A DNA stretch of 32,000 nucleotides from Mycolicibacterium smegmatis. Its GTDB lineage: Bacteria > Actinomycetota > Actinomycetes > Mycobacteriales > Mycobacteriaceae. Positions 11,727 through 19,447 of this stretch are shown here, piece after piece. Each line of letters begins with the position of its first letter. Positions within the stretch are counted from its first letter, which is position 1. The position numbers and the translations under genes are program-made. The notes below the pieces were generated by a model, which was given only the letters and a program-made list of their open reading frames with translations, ran no database searches and was not told the origin of the DNA. The stretch is taken from contig NZ_LN831039.1 of the NCBI RefSeq assembly GCF_001457595.1, positions 2,130,001 to 2,162,000 on the forward strand, written 5' to 3'.

Positions 11727-12617
11727 CTAGGCGCAATCACCGAAGAACGCGCGCATTTCCGCGACGATCTCCTCGGGTTGTTCTTCGGGAAGGTAGTGGC
11801 CGCAGTCGAGGGCGCGGCCGGACACGGTGTCTGCGATGTTCTGCCACAGTTCGAGGGGTTCGAACAGTCGCTCGATGACACCGTGCTTGCCCCACAGCAC
11901 GCGCAGCGGCGCGGCGATCTTGCGGCCCTGGTCGCGGTCCCGTCGGTCGTGGTCGAGGTCGATGGTGGCCGCGGCCCGGTAGTCCTCGCACGCGCCGCGC
12001 GCACGCTCGATCCCGGCGAACCCCGCGATGTAGTGATCGAGGACGTCACGGGGGAACGGCGCCAGGCCGGCGTGGCGTGCGCCCATCACCCCTTCGACGT
12101 AGGCACGCGGGTCGGCGCCGATCAGCGTCTCGGGCAGGGGAGCGGGCTGGATGAGGAAGAACCAGTGCCAGTAGGCGCTCGCGAAGTCGCGCGTGGTTCC
12201 CTCGTACATGTCGAGGGTGGGCGCGATGTCGAGGAGCATGACGCGGGTGACGCACTCCGGAGAGTCGGCGGCAAGTCGGGCGGCCACGCGCGCCCCGCGG
12301 TCGTGCCCGGCCACGTAGAACTGCTGGTGACCGAGTGCCGCCATCAACTCGACACAGTCGCGGGCCATCTCCCGCTTGGAGTAGGTGCTGTGATCGGGGC
12401 TCGCCGGCGGACGCTCCGAATTCCCGTATCCACGCAGGTCCGGGGCGACGATGAAGAAGTCCTCCGCCAGCGCGGGCGCCACACGGTGCCACATCAGGTG
12501 CGATTCCGGGTGGCCGTGCAGAAGCAGAAGCGGCGGCTTGCCGCAGGCCGGTCCGACCCGGCCGCGAAGCCGGACCCCGTTGACCGTGATGTCGAGTTCG
12601 TCGAAGCCAAAGAACAC
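11727..12617 (-). CDS. Alpha/beta-hydrolase of the haloacetate (fluoroacetate) dehalogenase / epoxide-hydrolase-like class, 296 aa
   Basis: LLLLHGHPESHLMWHRV, nucleophile elbow VAGHDRGARVA (Asp nucleophile), YWHWFFL, EDYRAA and C-terminal GHYLPEE. Divergent from a LysR gene. Confidence 0.85.
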   Translation of the reverse strand: MFFGFDELDITVNGVRLRGRVGPACGKPPLLLLHGHPESHLMWHRVAPALAEDFFIVAPDLRGYGNSERPPASPDHSTYSKREMARDCVELMAALGHQQFYVAGHDRGARVAARLAADSPECVTRVMLLDIAPTLDMYEGTTRDFASAYWHWFFLIQPAPLPETLIGADPRAYVEGVMGARHAGLAPFPRDVLDHYIAGFAGIERARGACEDYRAAATIDLDHDRRDRDQGRKIAAPLRVLWGKHGVIERLFEPLELWQNIADTVSGRALDCGHYLPEEQPEEIVAEMRAFFGDCA

Positions 12618-12706
12618 GTCCGGTCTCCTTCGTCGCGGCTTGCGGCCTTTTCCCGATGCTAGATTTGGCCCACAGCGCGAGGAAGGCTCGTCACCTCAAA
12701 GGATCT

Positions 12707-12721
12707 TTGCGCTGAACGCAA
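12707..12721. promoter_or_regulatory. Candidate LysR-type operator (T-N11-A dyad) TTGCGCTGAACGCAA
   Basis: Perfect 5-bp inverted repeat TTGCG-N5-CGCAA containing a T-N11-A core. It lies in the 116-bp divergent region between the hydrolase operon and the LysR gene, 12 nt upstream of the LysR start. Confidence 0.45.
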
Positions 12722-12733
12722 GAGGGGTACGAC

Positions 12734-13666
12734 ATGGCCGATGTCGGTGATCTCGAATTCTTCGTGACGCTCGCGGCGGCAGGGACGATGACCGAGGCCG
12801 CACGGCACTGGGGTGTCTCGGTCTCCGTGGTGAGCCGACGGCTCAAGGCTCTCGAAGAACGCCTGGGCACACCGTTGGTGCACCGGCGCGCCCGCGGGCT
12901 CGAGCTCACCGCCGAGGGGCAGCAGTACCACGTGCGGGGGAGCGAAATACTCCAGCAGCTCAAGGATTTGGAGAGCACGCTGAACCCCGATCCCAAGGAC
13001 TTGACGGGTTCGATCCGGGTGATCAGCACCGTCGGCCTCGGGCGAGTGCACATCGCGCCGCTGCTTCACGATTTTCGGCGACGTCACCGGAGCGTCGAGA
13101 TCTCGCTGGAGCTCACGAGCCTGCCGCTGTCGGCTTCGGTGCCCGGTTTCGACATCGCGATTCAGGTCGGGCGGGTGCGCGACTCGTCGCTCGCGATACG
13201 TCAACTGCTGCCCAACCGGCGTGTGGTGGTGGCCTCGCCCGACTACCTCGACGCGCACGGCGCACCGGCGGACCTCGACGACCTCAAGAATCACGAGCTT
13301 CTCGTCGTCCGCGAGAACGAGGGTGAGTCGATCTGGCGATTCGTGAAAGACGGTCGTGAGACGGCGATTCCGGTACGAGGCGGCCTCATCTGCAACGACG
13401 GCATCGCGGTGACCGAATGGTGCCTGGCCGGCGCAGGACTGGCCATGCGCTCGATCTGGCACGTCGCACCGTATGTGCGGGAGGGGCGACTCGTACACGT
13501 GCTGCCCGACGTCGAGACTCCGGAGGCCGACGTCGTCGCGCTGTTCGACGCCGGGGTGCGTACCTCGCCACGCGTGCGAACATTGTTGTCCTTCTTGCGT
13601 AAACAGCTTGCGCAGCGGTGTATCCCGTTACCGACACGACAGGCTGGAGCGGCTCTCCACTGGTAG
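12734..13666 (+). CDS. LysR-family transcriptional regulator, 310 aa
   Basis: N-terminal wHTH LEFFVTLAAAGTMTEAARHWGVSVSVVSRRLKALEERLGTPLVHR, followed by a LysR substrate-binding-like C-terminal domain. AGAGGGG lies upstream of ATG 12734. Confidence 0.9.
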   Translation: MADVGDLEFFVTLAAAGTMTEAARHWGVSVSVVSRRLKALEERLGTPLVHRRARGLELTAEGQQYHVRGSEILQQLKDLESTLNPDPKDLTGSIRVISTVGLGRVHIAPLLHDFRRRHRSVEISLELTSLPLSASVPGFDIAIQVGRVRDSSLAIRQLLPNRRVVVASPDYLDAHGAPADLDDLKNHELLVVRENEGESIWRFVKDGRETAIPVRGGLICNDGIAVTEWCLAGAGLAMRSIWHVAPYVREGRLVHVLPDVETPEADVVALFDAGVRTSPRVRTLLSFLRKQLAQRCIPLPTRQAGAALHW

Positions 13667-13925
13667 TACCGATACAGATCCCGTCGCCGAAACAGACACC
13701 ACGGTCGTGAATTCGCCACCCGATCCCGAAACCGCAACCATGACGTCAAACTCGGCGACGGGACCTCGACAGGAGTTATCCACCGAGACAAGGCCGGAGC
13801 CGGGGCGCATTTTTCGCCTGGGACAAAACGGTGTTGCGTCATGCGGCCTGTCTGGACGGCGGTTTTCTTCCTAACCTCGACATCAGCGAAGGGCGTGTGC
13901 CCGCGCCGAAGCGTGAGGAGTTGTC

Positions 13926-15026
13926 GTGGTCAACAGGTACAAGGTCGCAGTCATCGCCGGTGACGGCATCGGTCGCGAGGTCGTTCCGGAAGGGCTACGG
14001 GTGTTGCAGGCCGCCTCGGAGCGGTTCGGCTTCACCCTGGACCTCGAAGAATTCGACTACGCCAACGTCGACTACTACCTCAAGCACGGCCAGATGATGC
14101 CCGACGACTGGTTCGAGCAGTTGCGGGGATTCGACGCCATCTTCTTCGGCGCGGTCGGCTGGCCCGAACTCGTTCCCGACCACATCTCGCTGTGGGGAAG
14201 CCTGATCCAGTTCCGCCGCCATTTCGACCAATACGTCAACCTGCGCCCCGTGCGCCTGCTGCCCGGCATCGCCGGACCACTCGCCGGCCGCAAACCCGGC
14301 GACATCGACTTCTACGTGGTGCGGGAGAACACCGAGGGCGAGTACTCCAGCATCGGCGGCAAGATCTTCGAGGACACCCCACGTGAGACCGTGATCCAGG
14401 ATACGGTGATGACCCGCGTCGGCGTCGACCGGATTCTGCGGTACGCCTTCGAACTCGCGCAGCGCCGTCCCCGTCGCCTGCTCACCTCGGCGACAAAGAG
14501 CAACGGGATCTCGATCTCCATGCCGTACTGGGACGAGCGCGTCGAGCAGATGTCCACGATGTTCCCGGACGTCTCCGTCAACAAGTTCCACATCGACATC
14601 CTCGCGGCCAACTTCGTGCTGCATCCCGACTGGTTCGACGTTGTGGTTGCGAGCAATCTGTTCGGCGATATCCTCTCCGATCTCGGCCCGGCCTGCACGG
14701 GAACCATCGGCGTCGCTCCCAGCGCCAACATCAACCCCGAGCGCACCTTCCCCAGCCTGTTCGAGCCGGTCCACGGTTCGGCGCCCGACATCGCGGGTCA
14801 GGGGGTTGCGAACCCGGTCGGCCAGATCTGGTGTGCCTCAATGATGCTCGAGCACCTCGGGGAACGCACGGCAGCAAAGGCCGTGCTGGATGCCATCGAA
14901 GCGGTGCTGGCCGACGGTGCGGTGCTCACCCCCGACCTCGGCGGGACGGCGACGACGACGGCGCTGGGAACCGCGATCGCGGACAGCGTCGGCGCGTCGG
15001 CCAGTGCGGGTGCCGGGACGCGCTGA
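13926..15026 (+). CDS. ttuC: Tartrate / D-malate dehydrogenase (decarboxylating), isocitrate/isopropylmalate dehydrogenase superfamily, 366 aa
   Basis: GTG 13926 with GAGGAG 5 nt upstream. Long stretches match what I recall of E. coli DmlA/YeaU and TtuC: AIFFGAVGWPELVPDHISLWGSLIQFRRHFDQYVNLRPVRL, DFYVVRENTEGEYS, LFGDILSDLGPACTGTIGVAPSANINPER, LFEPVHGSAPDI. Confidence 0.85.
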   Translation: MVNRYKVAVIAGDGIGREVVPEGLRVLQAASERFGFTLDLEEFDYANVDYYLKHGQMMPDDWFEQLRGFDAIFFGAVGWPELVPDHISLWGSLIQFRRHFDQYVNLRPVRLLPGIAGPLAGRKPGDIDFYVVRENTEGEYSSIGGKIFEDTPRETVIQDTVMTRVGVDRILRYAFELAQRRPRRLLTSATKSNGISISMPYWDERVEQMSTMFPDVSVNKFHIDILAANFVLHPDWFDVVVASNLFGDILSDLGPACTGTIGVAPSANINPERTFPSLFEPVHGSAPDIAGQGVANPVGQIWCASMMLEHLGERTAAKAVLDAIEAVLADGAVLTPDLGGTATTTALGTAIADSVGASASAGAGTR

Positions 15027-15153
15027 GGGCGCACACGCGTAACGCGGCTCGGTTTCTGGATCCGCCTACTGCAACACACCTTTCACCTCAGGCAACACCT
15101 ACGAAACCGTTCATCGCGTTTACTGACAATCAACCTGGTTTCTCGCAGAGAAA

Positions 15154-15546
15154 ATGGAGATTGTCATGGAAGCGACCACCACTCATCCCCAGTTCAGCGT
15201 CACGCCGGACGCGTGGAAGAACCTGCCGAAGATGCCGGAGGCGGAGTACCCGGGTGCCGAGGGCTACATCGGCGACGTGTACGAGAACCCGGGCGGCAGC
15301 GTGATGTGCAGTGGCTTCTTCGAGTTGGTGCACACCGAGGCGCCGTTGCTCTACGAGTACACCTATGACGAGATGAAGATCGTGCTGGAGGGCGAATTCC
15401 ACCTGGAGAACGTCGACACCGGACAGAAGTCGATCGCCAAGACCAAGGACGCGATCTTCTTCCCGAAGGGGTCCCGCATCCTGTTCAGCACACCCGATCG
15501 TGCGCTGGCCTTCTATACGGGCCATCGCACTGCGGACGGTCTCTGA
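15154..15546 (+). CDS. Small cupin-domain protein (EutQ/DUF861-like), 126-130 aa
   Basis: High-GC3 ORF. The C-terminal half, YTYDEMKIVLEGEFHLENVDTGQKSIAKTKDAIFFPKGSRILFST, is a cupin beta-barrel pattern. ATG 15166 has better SD spacing (GGAG + 7 nt) than ATG 15154. Confidence 0.7.
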   Translation: MEIVMEATTTHPQFSVTPDAWKNLPKMPEAEYPGAEGYIGDVYENPGGSVMCSGFFELVHTEAPLLYEYTYDEMKIVLEGEFHLENVDTGQKSIAKTKDAIFFPKGSRILFSTPDRALAFYTGHRTADGL

Positions 15547-15580
15547 TCGGTCAAGCGACCCGCCGAGATTCCAGCGCAGC

Positions 15581-16117
15581 ATGACGATCACCGAAACGAT
15601 TCCCCCGCAGTTCCCGTCGCTGCCGCAATGGCCTGGAGAACCCGAACCGGTCGACACCACGGCGTCCGCATTCCTGGTGGTGGCCATCGGTGCGGCGCCG
15701 CGCACCGCCGACGTCGCCGGTGAGTGGGTGCAGGCTGCCGAGGCGGTCGCCCCCACCCGCCTGGTGTGCCTGGACGCGATGACCGACGAAGAGGACTGTG
15801 CCAGAATGCAACACGCACTGTCGGAAGTGCGCACCGGCGTGCGCATCATGATCGTCGGCGGACAGTTCGACGTGCTGACGGCGCTCACGATGGCCCGTGC
15901 GGCGGGCGCCATTCCTGCCGAGTTGACCGGTTTCGTCGTGCACACCGACGACGCGCCCATCTTCTGCGCGCAGTGTCGCGGCACGTTCCGGGTGGCGGCA
16001 GGTCCGGGCGACGAGATCGATTGTCGCGGGTGCGCGCGCACCCTGGAGATCCACGGTCATTTCGCGTCGGCGCTGGGCAGTTACCTGGCCTCCGATGCGC
16101 GGGCGAGGGAGATCTGA
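15581..16117 (+). CDS. DmmA-like small subunit (gamma-type) of a heme oxidative N-demethylase/dimethylamine monooxygenase-like system, 178 aa
   Basis: Starts at ATG 15581; the tracked ORF start at 15500 overlaps the cupin gene. The C-terminus has CxxC-x15-CxxC (FCAQCRGTFRVAAGPGDEIDCRGC). The stop abuts the reductase start with 0 nt gap. The family call is from memory of DmmA-family proteins and from context. Confidence 0.65.
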   Translation: MTITETIPPQFPSLPQWPGEPEPVDTTASAFLVVAIGAAPRTADVAGEWVQAAEAVAPTRLVCLDAMTDEEDCARMQHALSEVRTGVRIMIVGGQFDVLTALTMARAAGAIPAELTGFVVHTDDAPIFCAQCRGTFRVAAGPGDEIDCRGCARTLEIHGHFASALGSYLASDARAREI

Positions 16118-17116
16118 ATGACGGTGCTCGACACGGCCGAAGCGCGTTTTCCCGGACACCTCCACCCGGCCTACGACACGACGCCCCGGATGCTGACCGT
16201 CGTCGGCCTCGAACACCTCGCCGGAGACGTCCTGCACATCACGTTCGCGGCCGCCGACGGGCGTGTGCTCACGCCGTACCAACCCGGCAGCCACCTCATC
16301 GTCACGGCGGGCGCCACCCGCAACGCGTACTCGCTGACCGGGGCCGACCTCAACCCGGTCCGCTACGAGATCTCGGTGCTGCGCAAGGCCGACGGCAACG
16401 GGTCGGTGTGGCTGCACGACAACCTCGAACTGGGCATGTCCGTCGAGATCGAAGGCCCGCGTTGCCTTTTCCCGCCCGTGACCAATCAGCGGCACGCGCT
16501 GTTGATCGCCGGTGGCATCGGCGTCACGCCGGTGCTGTCCCACGCCCGCGCCATCGCGCGGGCCGGCGGCACGGCCGATATCGTCTACTCGTACCGACCC
16601 GGGCACGACGCCCATGTCGGCGAGCTGCGCGAACTGGCCGCGCGTCCGGGGATCACGCTGTTCGAGGTGGACACCATCGAGGGCACCCGTGAGCTGCTCG
16701 CCGATCGGCTGGGGGCCCAGCCGTTGGGCACCCACGCCTACGCGTGTGGGCCGATCCCGATGCTCCATACCTACCAGGAGCTTGCCGCACAGGCCGGTTG
16801 GCCTTCGGCCCGGGTGCATCTTGAGCGCTTCACCGCACCGGAACAGGACCCGGGTCTGCCGTTCACGGTGCGCATCGCCTCGACCGGGGAAAACCTCGCA
16901 GTCCCGGCCGGGGTGTCGCTGCTGCAGGCCCTGCTCGACGCAGGCATCGGGGTGAACAACTTGTGCCGGCAGGGCGTGTGCGGCGAATGCCGTATCCCGG
17001 TGACCGCCGGTGTGCTCGAGCACCGCGACTTCGTCCTGACCGAGGAGGAACGCGAGGCCGCAAACAGCATGCTGTGCTGCGTATCTCGCGGATCCGACAT
17101 CGAAGTGGATCTGTGA
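16118..17116 (+). CDS. PDR/VanB-type oxidoreductase (flavin + NAD + plant-type 2Fe-2S), 332 aa
   Basis: RNAYSL (RxYS flavin motif), GGIGVTPVLS (NAD binding), and C-terminal CRQGVCGEC...x28-CC (C-x4-C-x2-C-x~29-C ferredoxin motif). Confidence 0.9.
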   Translation: MTVLDTAEARFPGHLHPAYDTTPRMLTVVGLEHLAGDVLHITFAAADGRVLTPYQPGSHLIVTAGATRNAYSLTGADLNPVRYEISVLRKADGNGSVWLHDNLELGMSVEIEGPRCLFPPVTNQRHALLIAGGIGVTPVLSHARAIARAGGTADIVYSYRPGHDAHVGELRELAARPGITLFEVDTIEGTRELLADRLGAQPLGTHAYACGPIPMLHTYQELAAQAGWPSARVHLERFTAPEQDPGLPFTVRIASTGENLAVPAGVSLLQALLDAGIGVNNLCRQGVCGECRIPVTAGVLEHRDFVLTEEEREAANSMLCCVSRGSDIEVDL

Positions 17117-17144
17117 CCACAGCCGAGAGATTCGAGGATCACTC

Positions 17145-18218
17145 ATGACCGCACACCTGTCGACGCCCTATCTGCGTGACATGGGCGCCAAGGCCGCCGA
17201 CCTGGTGGCCTCGTCGTTGACCCCGGCCGCGGCCGCCTACCTCAACCAGCCGGTAGATCATCTCGCGAGCCTGCCGTGGCCGTTCGCCGACGACGTCACC
17301 TCGTTCCGCTACACCGTCAACGTCGATCCCGCGCGGGTGCCCAGGCCGACGAGGGCCGGAGAATGGGGCAGGCACATCGTCGATCTCGGCGGCGCGGATT
17401 ATCCGGTGAACATGGCCGAACGCCGCCACGTGCTGGACACCGATCCGCAGCGGGTGAAGGTCCGCCCCGGGATGGAACTGGCGTGCTGGGATCTGCTGAT
17501 CTACTACCTGCGAGACCTCGCGCAGTCCTACCCTGACCTGCTGCACCTGGACGAGGACGGCGATCACTTTCATTGGCGCAACGACCTTCTCGGAACCGAT
17601 CAGCATTTCGTCCTCGGCGATACCGGCACGCTGCCCGGTGGTCCGTTGTTCTTCCTGGCCGCCGAAATCCCCGACGATCTGCTACTGGTCATCGAACGCG
17701 ACGGGCGGTTGTACTTCGACGCGGGTGCGGTGACCTTCGCGGCAGCCTGGTCGGCGTCGTTCGATATCGGCATGGACATGTACGAGATCCACGGACCGGT
17801 GCCGCGCATGACAGGGGAGGGGATGACGGCCCGTGCCGAGCAGTTCCTCAAACGACTGCCCGCCAACCAGGTGTACCGCCGCCTGAACTGGAACCTGGCG
17901 GCGTCACCGACGCGGACCTTCGACATCAGCCTGGAAACGCTGCCGGACTGGGGCACCCACATGCCGAGGGCCCTGCGCGACGGCGACGTGTCGCAGGTGC
18001 AGTTCCGCATCGAACTCGAACACTTCATCCGGCTCCCGATGACCGGCGCGGTCACCTTCAACATCCGCACCTTCATGGCGTCGCTGGAAGAGATCCGGGC
18101 GATCCCGGAGTATGCGGAGCAGTTGGCGGCCATCATCGAGGAACTGCCCGACGACATCGCCACCTACAAGGGTTTCGCCGATTACCAAGACGACGTCGTC
18201 GCGTATTTGAGGCGCTGA
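17145..18218 (+). CDS. DUF3445-family protein (heme-dependent oxidative N-demethylase alpha-subunit-like), 357 aa
   Basis: GAGGAT lies upstream of ATG 17145. Size, position after the DmmA-like and PDR-type genes, and segments such as RLNWNLAAS and FRIELEHFIRLPMTGAVTFNIRTF resemble DUF3445 proteins as I recall them. Not search-verified. Confidence 0.65.
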   Translation: MTAHLSTPYLRDMGAKAADLVASSLTPAAAAYLNQPVDHLASLPWPFADDVTSFRYTVNVDPARVPRPTRAGEWGRHIVDLGGADYPVNMAERRHVLDTDPQRVKVRPGMELACWDLLIYYLRDLAQSYPDLLHLDEDGDHFHWRNDLLGTDQHFVLGDTGTLPGGPLFFLAAEIPDDLLLVIERDGRLYFDAGAVTFAAAWSASFDIGMDMYEIHGPVPRMTGEGMTARAEQFLKRLPANQVYRRLNWNLAASPTRTFDISLETLPDWGTHMPRALRDGDVSQVQFRIELEHFIRLPMTGAVTFNIRTFMASLEEIRAIPEYAEQLAAIIEELPDDIATYKGFADYQDDVVAYLRR

Positions 18219-18258
18219 CGCCGACGCCCGCGTGCTTGCGCTGCCGTCCGCTCTATTC

Positions 18259-18281
18259 ATAGAATATTTTCTATAGAGAAC
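18259..18281 (+). promoter_or_regulatory. AT-rich promoter/operator element ATAGAATATTTTCTATAGAGAAC upstream of the acyl-CoA dehydrogenase operon
   Basis: An AT-rich island in a GC-rich genome. It contains a TAGAAT -10-like hexamer (18260-18265) and the palindrome TCTATAGA. It is near-identical to a motif at 22335-22358. Confidence 0.45.
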
Positions 18282-18292
18282 GGAGCGAGGAC

Positions 18293-19447
18293 ATGGCGCT
18301 GACGGCCGAAGAGGAAACCATCGTCAAGACGGTGCACGATTTCGTCGAGAAGCAGGTCAAACCGGTGGTACGGGAGTTGGAGCACGCCAACACCTATCCC
18401 GAAGAGCTGATCGAGACGATGAAGGAGATCGGTATCTTCGGGCTCGCGATCCCGGAGCCGTACGGGTTCGGGGCGGTGTCCATGCCGTGTTACGTGCAGG
18501 TCGCCGAGGAACTGGCCAGGGGCTGGATGAGCCTGGCCGGCGCGATGGGCGGCCACACCGTGGTGTCGAAGCTGCTGTTGCTGTTCGGCACCGAGGAGCA
18601 GAAGCAGAAATACCTGCCGCGGATGGCCACCGGTGAACTGCGCGCCACGATGGCGCTCACCGAACCCGGTGGCGGGTCGGATCTGCAGGCCATGCGCACC
18701 GTCGCGCGCCGGGACGGCGACGACTACGTGATCAACGGCAGCAAGACCTGGATCTCCAACGCGCGGCGCTCGGATCTGGTGGCGCTGATGTGCAAGACCG
18801 ATCCCGACGCGCAGCCCGCACACAAGGGTGTGTCGATCCTCCTGGTGGAGAAGGTGCCCGGCTTCGACGTGTCACGCGACCTACCCAAGCTGGGCTACAA
18901 GGGCGTGGAGAGCTGCGAGCTCAACTTCACCGACGCCCGGGTTCCGGTCTCCTCGCTGCTCGGCGACGACGAGGGCCGTGGGTTCGCGCAGATGATGAAA
19001 GGCCTGGAGGTGGGCCGGTTGCAGGTCGCGGCGCGGGCAACGGGCGTGGCGCGTGCGGCGTTCGAGGATGCGCTGCGGTACTCCCAGGAGCGGGAGAGCT
19101 TCGGCAAGCCGATCTGGCAACACCAGTCGGTCGGAAACATGTTGGCCGACATGGGAACCAAGCTGTATGCAGCGCGCTCGCTGCTGCTCAGTGCGGCCGA
19201 GAAGTTCGACGCGGGGCAACGCTGTGACATGGAGGCCGGCATGGCCAAGCTGTTCGCGTCGGAGACCGCGATGCAGATCGCACTGGACGCCGTACGCGTG
19301 CACGGGGGCTACGGCTATTCCACCGAGTACGACGTCGAACGTTACTTCCGCGATGCGCCACTGATGATCGTCGGCGAGGGCACCAACGAGATCCAGCGCA
19401 ACGTGATCGCCAAACAACTCGTCGCGCGCGGCGGTCTCGACATCTGA
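18293..19447 (+). CDS. Acyl-CoA dehydrogenase, 384 aa
   Basis: Canonical ACAD motifs: ALTEPGGGSDL, YVINGSKTWISNA, QIHGGYGY-type VRVHGGYGYSTEYDVERYFRDAPLMIVGEGTNEIQR. Confidence 0.95.
   Translation: MALTAEEETIVKTVHDFVEKQVKPVVRELEHANTYPEELIETMKEIGIFGLAIPEPYGFGAVSMPCYVQVAEELARGWMSLAGAMGGHTVVSKLLLLFGTEEQKQKYLPRMATGELRATMALTEPGGGSDLQAMRTVARRDGDDYVINGSKTWISNARRSDLVALMCKTDPDAQPAHKGVSILLVEKVPGFDVSRDLPKLGYKGVESCELNFTDARVPVSSLLGDDEGRGFAQMMKGLEVGRLQVAARATGVARAAFEDALRYSQERESFGKPIWQHQSVGNMLADMGTKLYAARSLLLSAAEKFDAGQRCDMEAGMAKLFASETAMQIALDAVRVHGGYGYSTEYDVERYFRDAPLMIVGEGTNEIQRNVIAKQLVARGGLDI

Noticed and set aside
13667-13925. Possible small ORF (ATG 13740, 44 aa) or RNA gene in the 259-nt gap between the LysR gene and ttuC.
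   Set aside because: Third-position GC is only about 60 percent, well below neighbouring genes. There is no SD and no tRNA-like T-loop or stable hairpin. I treat the gap as the ttuC promoter/leader region.
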